Source of the DNA: Heterodontus francisci
Taxonomy: Eukaryota
Assembly (NCBI RefSeq): GCF_036365525.1
Contig: NW_027141721.1
Location: 434,001-498,000 of the forward strand
Direction of reading: 5' to 3'
Length of the DNA stretch: 64,000 nt
A program made the position numbers and the translations under genes. Of the stretch, positions 11,166-23,077 are shown in pieces (position 1 is the first letter of the stretch; every line of letters starts with the position of its first letter). The notes beneath the pieces are model-generated. The model saw nothing but the letters and a program-made list of their open reading frames with translations, was not told the DNA's origin and did no database searches.

Positions 11166-12794
11166 ATTAGAATTAGAATTAGAACATTACAGCGCAGTAC
11201 AGGCCCTTCGGCCCTCGATGTTGCACCGACCTGTGAAACCATCTGACCTACACTATTCCATTTTCATCCATATGTCTATCCAATGACCACTTAAATGCCC
11301 TTAAAGTTGGCGAGACTACTTCTGTTGCAGGCAGGGCGTTCCACGCCCCTACTACTCTCTGAGTAAAGAAACTACCTCTGACATCTGTCCTATATCTATC
11401 ACCCCTCAACTTGAAGCTATGTCCCCTCGTGTTTGCCATCACCATCCGAGGAAAAAGACTCTCACTATCCACCCTATCTAACCCTCTGATTATCTTATAT
11501 GTCTCTATTAAGTCACCTCTCCTCCTCCTTCTCTCCAACGAAAACAACCTCAAGTCCCTCAACATTTCCTCGTAGGACCTTCCCTCCATACCAGGCAACA
11601 TCCTAGTAAATCTCCTCTGCACCCTTTCCATAGCTTCCACATCCTTCCGATAATGCGGTGACCAGAACTGCACGCAATACTCCAGGTGCAGTCTCACCAG
11701 AGTTTTGTACAGCTGCAGCATGACCTCGTGGCTCCGAAACTCGATCCCCCTACTAATAAAAGCTAACACACCATATGCCTTCTTAACAGCCCTATTAACC
11801 TGGGTAGCAACCTTCAGGGATTTATGCACCTGGACACCAAGATCTCTCTGTTCATCTACACTACCAAGAATCTTCCCATTAGCCCAGTACTCTGCATTCC
11901 TGTTACTCCTTCCAAAGTGAATCACCTCGCACTTTCCGCATTAAACTCCATTTGCCATCTCTCAGCCCAGCTCTGCAGCCTATCTATGTCCCTCTGTACC
12001 CTACAACATCCTTCGGCACTATCCACAACTCCACCGACCTTAGTGTCATCTGCAAATTTACTAACCCACCCTTCTACACCCTCTTCCTGGTCATTTATAA
12101 AAATGACAAACAGCAGTGGCCCCAAAACAGATCCTTGCGGTACACCACTAGTAACTAAACTCCAGGATGAACATTTGCCATTAACCACCACCCTCTGTCT
12201 TCTTTCAGCTAGCCAATTTCTGATCCAAAGCTCGAAATCCCCTTCAACCCCATACTTCCGTATTTTCTGCAATAGCCTACCGTGGGGAACCTAATCAAAC
12301 GCCTTACTGAAATCCATATAGACCACATCCACGGCTTTACCCTCATCCACCTGTTTGGTCACCTTCTCGAAAAACTCAATAAGGTTTGTGAGGCACGACT
12401 TACCCGTCACAAAACCGTGCTGACTATCGCTAATGAACTTATTCTTTTCAAGATGATTATAAATCCTGTCTCTTGTAACCTTTTCCAACATTTTACCCAC
12501 AACCGAAGTCAGGCTCACAGGTCTATAATTACCAGGGCTGTCTCTACTCCCCTTCTTGAACAAGGGGACAACATTTGCTATCCTCCAGTCTTCCAGCACT
12601 ATTCCTGTCGACAATGATGACATAAAGATCAAGGACAAAGTCTCTGCAATCTCCTCCCTCGCTTCCCAGAGAATCCTCAGATAAATCCCATCTGGCCCAG
12701 GGGACTTATCTATTTTCACACTTTCCAAAATTGATAACACCTCCTCCTTGTGAACCTCAATCCCATCTAGCCTAGTCGCCTGAATCTCAGTATT
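11166..12794 (-). mobile_element. 5'-truncated CR1 LINE (RT domain, C-terminus and (TTCTAA)n tail)
   Basis: [55 protein letters not shown]; frame disruptions near 12290 and 11925; short tandem tail at 11166-11184. Confidence 0.97.
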
Positions 12795-12910
12795 CTTTCG
12801 CTCTGCTAAACGAAAGAAGTTCTCGGCTCCGAGCAGTTTTATCTTCCACAGGTGTTTCCTGCTGCCTTTGGGGTTTTTGTTGAACTGCTCCATTTCTCTA
12901 AGTCACTGTG

Positions 12911-13383
12911 AAGACTCCAGGCACAGAAATACACGGCCGAGTGATCCTCCCGCAGGCTGGAGGACTCCAGGTTGAAGTCGAAGTTACTCGGTCTCTCGGC
13001 GGTGAAACCGTCCACCATCCCCTCTGATTTCACGTTTTGTGCAGCGATAGAGTAAAACATTATCTGCGGCTCCTTCCCCGGGCATTGTCTGTACCAGTAC
13101 ATGTAGAGGATACTGGTGCTGCTGCCCTGCACGGTGCACTTCAGTTCCACTCTCTCACCAGGCAATTTAGAGACAGCGGTGGGAGTCTGGTGGATAGTCT
13201 GTGAGTTCACATCTGGGAAAGAGACAGAGAGATCAGTAAACAGGGAAATTCAGTGCCTTGGGGAGAGAGAAGAGAGAGAGAGAATCTAAGATGAATAAAA
13301 CGAAAGAAATGTTAAGTAGAATTATTGTTTCAATAAAATCCCTTACGGTGAAACAGGGTGATCAGAGTCAGTAACAGATACAT
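12911..13383 (-). CDS. TRBV: V6: family-A TCR V segment, probably functional
   Basis: Leader 13347-13383; V exon 12911-13212 ending YFCAWSL, extra Cys in WYRQCPG; CACAGTG 12904-12910, 23-bp spacer, ACAAAAACC 12872-12880. Confidence 0.93.
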
Positions 13384-14693
13384 CTTTTACTTTATGCTGC
13401 CTTCTGAATCAGCAAAGAGAAGAGAGCAGGAGTGATGAGTGTTGTCAATAACCAACTCACTGTTTGAAAATCATTGGGAGGAACAGGGAGAGCATTAGGA
13501 AGTGATGCAGAGATGGTGACGCCCAGATCAACAAATTAGAGTGGAGTAGGTTGACAACGTCTCTCTCTCTATCTATCTCAATCCGCCTTCCTCTCTCTTT
13601 CTTACACTTTGTTTCTATCTCTCTCTCTCTGCATGTATCGAGCTTTATGTCTCCAACTCTTTCAATCTCTTTCTCACTCTGTATCTGTGTCTGTGTGTGT
13701 GTGTGTGAGTGTGTCTGTGTGTGTGTGTGTCGTTCTCTCTCTGTCTCCCTCTGTCCCGTTCATTTACGCTGAGTTTTTCCTCTCTATGTCTCCCTGATTC
13801 ACCCTCTCTGTCTCTGTGTTTTATCACCGGATGTATTGAGTCCCTGTGCATTGGGGGTTGTTCCCCTCTGTGCAGTGAAGGTGAGAGGGATATTAACCAG
13901 ACTGGTGCCAGGGATGAGGGACTTCAGTTACTGTGGAGAGACTGGAGAATGTGGGGGTTTCTCTACTTGCAGCACAGAAGGTTAATGGTAGATGTGATAC
14001 AGACATTGAAGATCATAGAGGATTTTGACAGATAATTGATGACAAACCACATCATATATGGTCAATATATAGTTAATCTATGAAAATATGGTCATTCATT
14101 ACATTATTACAGTATGTTTAATCAGTTCATACAAGCTGTAATCATCTAAAGATAGAGTTAGATAGATAGCGAGAAAGAGCGACAGATAACCAGGTAGAGA
14201 GATAGATAGATAGACAGTCAGGTACACAGATAGATATATAGAGAGGTAGAGAAATACAGAGATAGAGGGAAAGTCAGATAGGTAGAGATTTAGCGAGCTA
14301 GATAGAGAGGCAGTCACTGCCCATGTAAAAGACAGGGATGTTAATTGGCATTCTCTCGTTTTACACCGGCTTTGTTGCTAGTGGGAGAGAGAGGGAGGGA
14401 GAGAGAGGGAGAGTAGGGATGGAGAAAGAGGGATGGAGAGAGGGGGAGAGAGGGGGATGGAGAGAGGGATGGAGAGAGGGATGGAGAAAGAGGGATGGAA
14501 AGAGGGAGCGACAGGAAGTTATTGATCAGTCATGATCTCATTGAAGGTCGGAGTGTTTCCGAGGTGATGAATGGTCTCCTTGTGTTCCCAGGTCACTGTT
14601 AAAGTGTGTTGCAGACTCTGATGTTTATCATGGTCCTACAGTGCACTCTGCTGTCCCTTTGGAGAAAGGAAACACAGTGACATGACACCACAC

Positions 14694-14697
14694 CGTA

Positions 14698-14772
<75 letters not shown>

Positions 14773-14790
14773 GTGTCTGTCTGTCTATCG
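14694..14790. repeat. (TCTG)n(TCTA)n tetranucleotide microsatellite
   Basis: Seen directly. Confidence 0.95.
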
Positions 14791-14824
14791 TGTTTACCCT
14801 TCAGTCTTCTCCTTTCTGGAGCAA

Positions 14825-15208
14825 AGGTTGAACTGGGAGTCAGTCGGTCTCTCGGCGGTGAAACCGCCCACCGTCCCCTCTGGATCCACATAGTTAACAG
14901 TACTGGAGTAAAACATCAACAGCGGCTCCTTCCCCGGCTCTTGTCTGTACCAGTACATGGAGAGGTGACTGCTGCTCCCCTCCACGGTGCACCTCAGTTC
15001 CACTCATTTCTCGGGAAACCTGGAGACTGCGGCGGGAGTCTGGTGGATAGTCTGTGAGTTCACATCTGGGAGAGAGATGGAGAGAGGAGGAGATCAGTAA
15101 ACAGGGAACTTCTGGGAATGGAAGGGAGACAGGGAGAAGACAGGAAGGTTCTGAAGGATAATCTTTGTATCCTTGAACCAGGATTATCAGAGCCAGGAAC
15201 AGATACAT
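14825..15208 (-). pseudogene. TRBV: V7: family-A V pseudogene, 3'-truncated
   Basis: TGA at 15004-15006; FR3 end, second Cys and RSS deleted (joined to downstream flank at about 14825); leader ATG at 15208 but splice donor deleted relative to the paralog at 51890. Confidence 0.9.
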
Positions 15209-16135
15209 CTCCCACTTGACACTGCCCTCTCAAACAGCAAAGGAAGTGGAACAGAGGAAATCAGTTCTGTGACTAACCAATCCGCTCTTTCCAAGTCATT
15301 GAGTAAAACATGAAGGGCATGAGGAAGTAATGCAGTGTTGGACACGCCCCTTCCAGCACCCAACCAATCAGAATGGACGTGGTTGCTTATGATGGTTGAG
15401 TGACTGGAGTAAGTGTTGTTGACATCCCCAACAAGGGTGTCTGTTGTTCAGTTTCTAATTTGCTGATTAGAAATCTCCAATTGTACGTAATGAACCTCAT
15501 CGGCATTCCCACATTAGCCACATGTAGATTTCCAATTATAGACATCTGGATTCCAAATGATCTGCTCCTGTAGGGGATGTATTAGTGTGTGGCTGACTTG
15601 ACTAGATTCTTAATCCACAGCCTCGGCTAGAGTTATAGCGACGTGGGGCGGGGGAGGAGGGGGGTGAATCCCACCAACACAAATAATGACATTTCAATGT
15701 CATTAATAAATCTATATTTTCAAAAGAATCTCGTCTAATGGTGACCATTGTTGCAACAATCCATCTAGTTCACTGATGTTAGGGAAGGAAATCTACCGCC
15801 TTCACCTGGTCTGGTCTACATGTGACTCCAGATCCACACAATGTGGTTGACTGTTAAATGCCCTCTGGAATGGCCAAGCAAGTCACTCAGTTCAAGGGCA
15901 ATTAGGGATGGGCAATAAATGATGGCAGAGCCAGCGAGGCCCACATTCCATGAACGAATTAAGAAAAACAGCCAGATGTTGATTCACAAATGGTCAGGTG
16001 GGACTCCTGGCAAACGTTTTCTGCAACATTGGCCCGAGGGAAGTAGGTGGAACAATATCTGGGTCACACTGGGCTGCTGATCTATTCTACAGCTTGGTCT
16101 GTGCTCATTACTGTGCCCATCACCATCAGGGAGGA

Positions 16136-18025
16136 TCAAATCTACTGCTGCCCACTGCCGGGGGAAGATGAGCACTGAGATTCAATCTACTGCTGCCCCC
16201 TGCCGGGGGAAGATGAGCGCAGAGATTCAATCTACTGCTGCCCCCTGCCGGGGGAAGATGAGCACTGAGATTCAATCTACTGCTGCCCCCTGCCGGGGGA
16301 AGATGAGCACTGAGATTCAATCTACTGCTGCCCCCTGCCGGGGGAAGATGAGCGCAGAGATTCAATCTACTGCTGCCCCCTGCCGGGGGAAGATGAGCGC
16401 AGAGATTCAATCTACTGCTGCCCCCTGCCGGGGGAAGATGAGCGCAGAGATTCAATCTACTGCTGCCCCCTGCCGGGGGAAGATGAGCACTGAGATTCAA
16501 TCTACTGCTGCCCCCTGCCGGGGGAAGATGAGCACTGAGATTCAATCTACTGCTGCCCCCTGCCGGGGGAAGATGAGCGCAGAGATTCAATCTACTGCTG
16601 CCCCCTGCCGGGGGAAGATGAGCACTGAGATTCAATCTACTGCTGCCCCCTGCCGGGGGAAGATGAGCACTGTGATTCAATCTACTGCTGCCCCCTGCCG
16701 GGGGAAGATGAGCGCAGAGATTCAATCTACTGCTGCCACCTGCCGGGGGAAGATGAGCGCAGAGATTCAATCTACTGCTGCCCCCTGCAGGGGGAAGATG
16801 AGCGCAGAGATTCAATCTACTGCTGCCCCCTGCCGGGGGAAGATGAACACTGAGATTTAATCTACTGCTGCCCCCTGCCGGGGGAAGATGAGCGCAGAGA
16901 TTCAATCTACTGCTGCCCCCTGCCGGGGGAAGATGAGCACTGAGATTCAATCTACTGCTGCCCCCTGCCGGGGGAAGATGAGCGCAGAGATTCAATCTAC
17001 TGCTGCCCCCTGCCGGGGGAAGATGAGCATTGAGATTTAATCTACTGCTGCCCCCTGCCGGGGGAAGATGAGCGCAGAGATTCAATCTACTGCTGCCCCC
17101 TGCCGGGGGAAGATGAGCGCAGAGATTCAATCTACTGCTGCCCCCTGCCGGGGGAAGATGAACACTGAGATTTAATCTACTGCTGCCCCCTGCCGGGGGA
17201 AGATGAGCGCAGAGATTCAATCTACTGCTGCCCCCTGCCGGGGGAAGATGAGCACTGAGATTCAATCTACTGCTGCCCCCTGCCGGGGGAAGATGAGCGC
17301 AGAGATTCAATCTACTGCTGCCCCCTGCCGGTGGATGGTGAGCACTGAGATTCAATCTACTGCTGCCCCCTGCCGGGGGAAGATGAGCGCAGAGATTCAA
17401 TCTACTGCTGCCCCCTGCCGGGGGAAGATGAGCGCAGAGATTCAATCTACTGCTGCCCCCTGCCGGGGGAAGATGAGCGCAGAGATTCAATCTACTGCTG
17501 CCCCCTGCCGGGGGAAGATGAGCGCAGAGATTCAATCTACTGCTGCCCCCTGCCGGGGGAAGATGAGCACTGAGATTTAATCTACTGCTGCCCCCTGCCG
17601 GGGGAAGATGAGCACTGAGATTTAATCTACTGCTGCCCCCTGCCGGGGGAAGATGAGCACAGAGATTCAATCTACTGCTGCCCCCTGCCGGGGGAAGATG
17701 AGCGCAGAGATTCAATCTACTGCTGCCCCCTGCCGGGGGAAGATGAGCACTGAGATTTAATCTACTGCTGCCCCCTGCCGGGGGAAGATGAGCACTGAGA
17801 TTTAATCTACTGCTGCCCCCTGCCGGGGGAAGATGAGCACTGAGATTTAATCTACTGCTGCCCCCTGCCGGGGGAAGATGAGCACTGAGATTTAATCTAC
17901 TGCTGCCCCCTGCCGGGGGAAGATGAGCGCAGAGATTCAATCTACTGCTGCCCCCTGCCGGGGGAAGATGAGCACTGAGATTTAATCTACTGCTGCCCCC
18001 TGCCAGTTGAAGATGAGCACTGAAC
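16136..18025. repeat. 45-bp tandem array, about 42 units, each carrying a CTCF-like motif on the minus strand
   Basis: Unit tcaatctactgctgccccctgccgggggaagatgagc(ac/gc)(t/a)gagat with strict 45-bp period; ends about 20 bp from the V8 nonamer. Confidence 0.97.
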
Positions 18026-18082
18026 TCCCGTTCATCCGCTGCAGGTTTTTGCAGCTGTGGATCCGTTTTCTCAAACACTGTG

Positions 18083-18816
18083 CGATACTGCAAGCGCAGA
18101 AATAGACAGCGGTGTGAGATGGAGTGGCATCTCTCAGTGCCAAAGTAAACAGTGTATTGCTGGCTCTGTCTGCCTTAAATGACTCGGACGTGTAATTGGT
18201 AACAGACCCTTCTGTAGCAGAAAAGAACAGAGCTTCCAGTGCCCTGTCTGGTTGTTGTCTGTACCAGTACATATAGGAATAGGCAGTATTGGTCAGCGTG
18301 CATCTGAGTGTTGTCGACTCTCCTGCAGCAATAGATAGGATAGAGGGCGACTGTTCCACATAGGAGGAGAGTATTCCTGTGGAATGGAACATCGATTAGA
18401 TTATTATTTCAGTCAATAATGGATTGGAGCAGGGACTGCATTGCAAAAAAGAAAGGGCTTACATTAATATAGCGCCGTTCAGGACCTCAGGACATCATAA
18501 AGGGCTTTGCAACCAATGTAGTTACTCCCTCAGTACTGTCTCTGCGACAGTGCAGCACTCCCTCAGTACTGCCGCTGCGACAGTGCAGCACTCCCTCAGT
18601 ACTGCCTCTGTGACAGCGCAACACTCCCTCAGTCCTGACACCTGGGGTGTTTGCCTTGACTTTGAGCTCAAGAGTACACGAGTGAGACTCAGACACAGGA
18701 GTGTTACGGAACAGAATCACCGCTGACATTGCAATACATTATTCTACAGTTTCAGACTTTGACTTACGTGGGAAAAGTGCAGCCATCAAGATTAGAGACA
18801 GAACTTCATGCAACAT
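18083..18816 (-). CDS. TRBV: V8: family-B TCR V segment, probably functional
   Basis: Leader 18768-18816; V exon 18083-18376 ending YFCACSI; CACAGTG 18076-18082, 23-bp spacer, GCAAAAACC 18044-18052. Confidence 0.93.
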
Positions 18817-20019
18817 GATTTCTTCATTCGATACTAACTCGATGTGTGAACGTGTGGAGTTTTGAACAACACACTTGCAGGTTGTTTCTATATTGTGTTC
18901 AATTAAATACCCAGCATCCGGTTGTCATTGTTATTGACAGTCACTTACTGCGACACTCTGCTCCTCCCCATTACTTTAGATAGCAATGTTGCAGAATGAT
19001 ACAACACAGGAGGATAGGGGGAGATTGAATAGAGGTGTTCACATTTCACAAAGCGCTTTGATAGAGTAGAATTCAGGGAAGCAACACTCTATACCCAGAG
19101 AGTGTGCCCATCCCTTATTGCCCCTGAGAAGGTGTTGGTGAACCATCTTCGGGAATACCTGCTGGGCCAAATCAGAGGGCAGTTAACAGTCAACCACATT
19201 GCTGTGGGTCTGCAGTCACATATAGGCCAGACCGGGTAAGGACGGCAGATTTCCTTCCCTGAATGTCATCAGTGAACACATTGGGTTTTTACGACACTCC
19301 ATGTTCAGGATTACTCATACTTTCTCTGATAGATTTTTATTTATTTAATTGAATTTAAATTCCATTTCTGCCCCTGCTGAGAATTGAACTCATATCTGGG
19401 GATCATTAGTCCTGGCCTCTGGATTACTAGTCCAGTAACATAACTGCTCTGCTACCGTACCTCCGTGGTGAATGAGAGTTAAGGGGTTAAATTGTTTACT
19501 GGTCTGAAGTGCTAGTTTCCTTGAAGCACACATCAAATGTGACTCGAGTCCGAGATGGAAGTGGGTAAACAGTTTTCAGCAGCTTCTGAACTCGCCATCA
19601 GGAGGCAGATGTCCCAGTCCCGGAGATGAAGGTATCTGGAGAGGGGTCTCACCTTTGAACAGTGTGAAACAGCGCTCAGATGGTTAAGTGTTCTGAGCTG
19701 AGTTGGTTCCTGTACATTGGGGGGGGGGGGGGGGTGTCGCCTCTGTGTAGTGAAGGTTAGAGAGAGAATAACCAGACTGGTACCAGGGATGAGGGACTTC
19801 AGTTACTGTGGAGAGACTGGAGAAGCTGGGGGTTTCTCTCCTTAAAGCAGAGAAGGCTAATGGTAGATGTGATTGAGATATTCAAGATCATTGATAGATA
19901 ATTGATGACAAACTATATCATCTACTGGTCAATATGTAGAAAATCTATGAAAAGATGGTCATTCATTACATTACTGCAGTATGTTTAATTAGTTCATACA
20001 AACTGTAATTACCTAAAGA

Positions 20020-20200
20020 TAGAGTTAGATAGATAGAGAGACAGAGAGATAGATAACCAGGTAGAGAGTTAGATAGATAGAGAGACAGAGAGATAGATAA
20101 CCAGGTAGAGAGTTAGATAGATAGAGAGACAGAGAGATAGATAACCAGGTAGAGAGATAGATAGATAGAGAGACAGTCAGGTAGACAAATAGATATAGGG
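20020..20200. repeat. GATA/GA-rich tandem repeat, unit about 43 bp
   Basis: Repeated agagagatagataaccaggtagagagttagatagatag; a related expanded array lies at 50140-50520. Confidence 0.8.
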
Positions 20201-21119
20201 AGAGATAAGGAAATAGAGAAATAGAGGGAAAGTCAGATAGGTTGAGAAGTAGCGAGCTAGATAGAGAGCCAGTCACTGCCCCTGCAAAAGACAGGGATTT
20301 TAATTGGCATTCTCTCCTTTTACACCGGCTTGTTAGCTGGAGTGAAAGAGAGGGATGGAAAGAGAGCGAGGGAGAGAGATGGAGAGAGAGAGAGAGAGAG
20401 GGATGGAGAGAGGGATGGAGAGGGAGAGAGGAGGATGCAGAGAGGGAGCGACTGGAGATTATTGATCAGTCATGATCTGATTGAAGGGCGGAGTGTTTTC
20501 GAGGTGATGAATGAACTCCTTGTGTTCCCAGGTCACTGTTAAAGTGTGTTCCAGAATCTGATGTTTATCATGGTCCTGCAGCGCACTCCGCTGTCCCTTT
20601 GGAGAAAAAAAACACAGTGACAGAAANNNNNNNNNNNNNNNNNNNNNNNNNNNNNNNNNNNNNNNNNNNNNNNNNNNNNNNNNNNNNNNNNNNNNNNNNN
20701 NNNNNNNNNNNNNNNNNNNNNNNNNNNNNNNNNNNNNNNNNNNNNNNNNNNNNNNNNNNTTTATCTGATCTTCACTTCACATATTGAAATCAATAATAAT
20801 CTCTCCAAGACGGCTGAAGGTTTACCCTTCAGTCTTCTCCTTTCTGGAGCAAATCTCCCCTGATGTTCAAACTATATTGATAATTTTAACCTCTGTGTCC
20901 TGCTTTCATTCCTGTAAAGTCTATTTTACAATTCCCCTGTGTTTCTATATCGAACCTGTCTCTTTCTATTTAAATCCGCAGTCTTCTTGTGAAAAACACA
21001 TTCCCAATGATTAAAAAACACCCAACAGGATGCAGCACCGCCTGGTTTTATCTGAAACAGGTGTTTCCTGCTGCCTTTGGGTTTTTTGTTCAACTGCTCC
21101 ATCTCTCTGAGTCACTGTG

Positions 21120-21203
21120 AAGACTCAAGGTACAGAAATACACGGCCGAGTGATTCTCCCGCAGGCTGGAGGTCTCCAGTTTGAAGTCGTATTTAGTTAG
21201 TCT
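21120..21203 (-). pseudogene. TRBV: V9: family-A V relic (FR3 only) retaining a 23-RSS
   Basis: RLTKYDFKLETSSLRENHSAVYFCTLSL; CACAGTG 21113-21119, 23-bp spacer, ACAAAAAAC 21081-21089; 5' part replaced by CR1 sequence. Confidence 0.88.
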
Positions 21204-21204
21204 T

Positions 21205-21535
21205 TGGGAGTATATAGAGACAAACTATTTCCGCTGGTTTGGGAATCTAGGACTAAGAGGCAAAGACTAAAAATTAGAGCCAGACCTTTCAGGAGTGAAA
21301 TTAGGACACATGTTTACACACAATGGGTGGAGAGGTTTGAACTCTCTTCTTCTAATGGAAATTGATGCTGAATCAATTGTTAATTTGAAATCGGAGATGG
21401 ATAGGTTTTTGTGATCCAAAATATATTAAGGGATATGGGGCAAAGGCGGGAATATGGAGTTAGATCACAGATCAGCCATGATCTCATTGAATGGTGGTAC
21501 AGATTTGAGGGGCTGAATGGCCTCTTCATTTTCCT
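21205..21535 (+). mobile_element. CR1 LINE 3' fragment
   Basis: 'KLFPLV..SRT.GQRLKIRARPFRSEIR' and a 3'UTR containing gatcagccatgatctcattgaatgg. Confidence 0.8.
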
Positions 21536-21559
21536 GTCTTTGTCTCAGCAGTTTCTGCT

Positions 21560-22165
21560 GACAGTGAATTCTGTATTTTGGGTAAAGAATTCTCGTGAAT
21601 TCCCTACCAGATTTCAGTTTATCACAGCTTTTATTCTCTGTTTTATTCCTATCCTCTTCGTCCCCTAGTCTTTGTACAATCAGCTAATGGGAACAGTTTT
21701 TCTTTGTCTACTTTACCTAAACCTCTCTTCATTTTGTACACTTCTATCAAATCTCCCCTCAATCTCTTTTGCTCCCAGGAGAACAACACCAGCTTCACCA
21801 ACCTAACCATGCAGCTAAACTCTCTCATCCCTGGAACCATTCCAGTAAATCTCCTCTGCACCCTCTCAAGGACCCTACATCCTTCCGAAAGTGTGGTGAC
21901 CAGCACCGGGCTCAGTACTCAAGTTGGGGCCTAACCAGAACCTTATATATGTTGAGCATAACCTCCCTGCTTTTGTACTTTATACCCCTATTCATGAATC
22001 CCAAGATCCCATAAGCTTTGTGAACCTCTCTCTCAATATGTCTGCCACCTTCAAAGATCTATGCACATTAAGCCCCAGGACCCTCTGTCCTTGAACGCTC
22101 TTTAGGCCTGTGTCATTAAGTCTGTATTTCCTCTCTGTCTCCCTTCTGCCAAAATGCATCACCTG
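21560..22165 (-). mobile_element. CR1 LINE fragment
   Basis: LERVQRRFTGMVPG...RLRGDLIEVYK; paralogous to about 44230-44740. Confidence 0.85.
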
Positions 22166-23077
22166 AAAACAATGTAGTTCACTGTTAACTGCCTCTGAAA
22201 TGGACTAGCAATTCATTCAGTTAAGGGAAATTCGGCATAGGCAATGAATTCTGGCCTTGTCAGGAATGTGCACATCCCTGAATATGTGCTTCTTTATATA
22301 AAATTCCTCCTTCTTCATTTTTCTTTCACTGTTTTCTCACTTTGCTTCCCCTCTTTACTTCCTTCAGATCATCTGTTTTAGTATATCACAAGTGTTGGTC
22401 AAACCAGTCACTATGAACGAGCAGACTTGGGGAAATCCAGTTGTCTATTTTGTGTGGAATGGTTATGATTTGAATCTGTTTCAGAGTTAGTGGAATTGAC
22501 TATTAGGTAGATTGGTCAAGTCACTGCTGCATTGCTCGCTCAGTCTTCATAGAAGCAAGTGGGACTCAGGCTGCGGTGGAGCTCCATCCCCATCTCGTGG
22601 CTGTCATGTGTAACTACAGGTACCTGTGATTTGCACAGTGCAATTGATAAAATAGGCATTATGAAGACATGCTTTGAAATTGCTCCGTCTTCCCATTTTT
22701 TATCCATTGCTTCGGCTGGTGACGCTGGTGACATCGAATTAGATAGAAGATGCAGCACAGATTCAGGCTATTCAGCCCGATGGGACCATGTTCCAGACTA
22801 GCCTGGGGCAGATGGCGGTGCACTTGTCATGTCTCTGAGCTGGTAATCCAGAGGATGGAGATAATCTCCAGGGGACATGCGTTCGAATCCCACCAGGTCA
22901 GATGGCGGAATTTAAATTCAATTAATGAATAAATATAATTATTTCATCAGAAAATCTGCAATTGAAAGCTAGTCTCAGTTAAGGGGCCCTGTCACCCAGC
23001 TGGCTCACTCATGTCTTTTAGTGAAGGAAATCCGCCGTCCTTACCTGGTCTGGTCTACATGTGACTCCAGACCCACA

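Noticed and set aside
12291-12893. Apparent V-flank/reverse transcriptase fusion ORF
   Set aside because: Chance in-frame join between RSS spacer sequence and a truncated, frameshifted CR1
16136-18025. CRISPR-like array
   Set aside because: Head-to-tail repeats with no unique spacers, in vertebrate DNA with no cas genes
16126-18093. 655-aa ORF of 15-aa repeats (LNLSAHLPPAGGSSR) and its plus-strand counterparts
   Set aside because: Read-through of a 45-bp tandem array whose length is divisible by 3; it runs through the RSS, which is removed on rearrangement, and has no promoter or splice support
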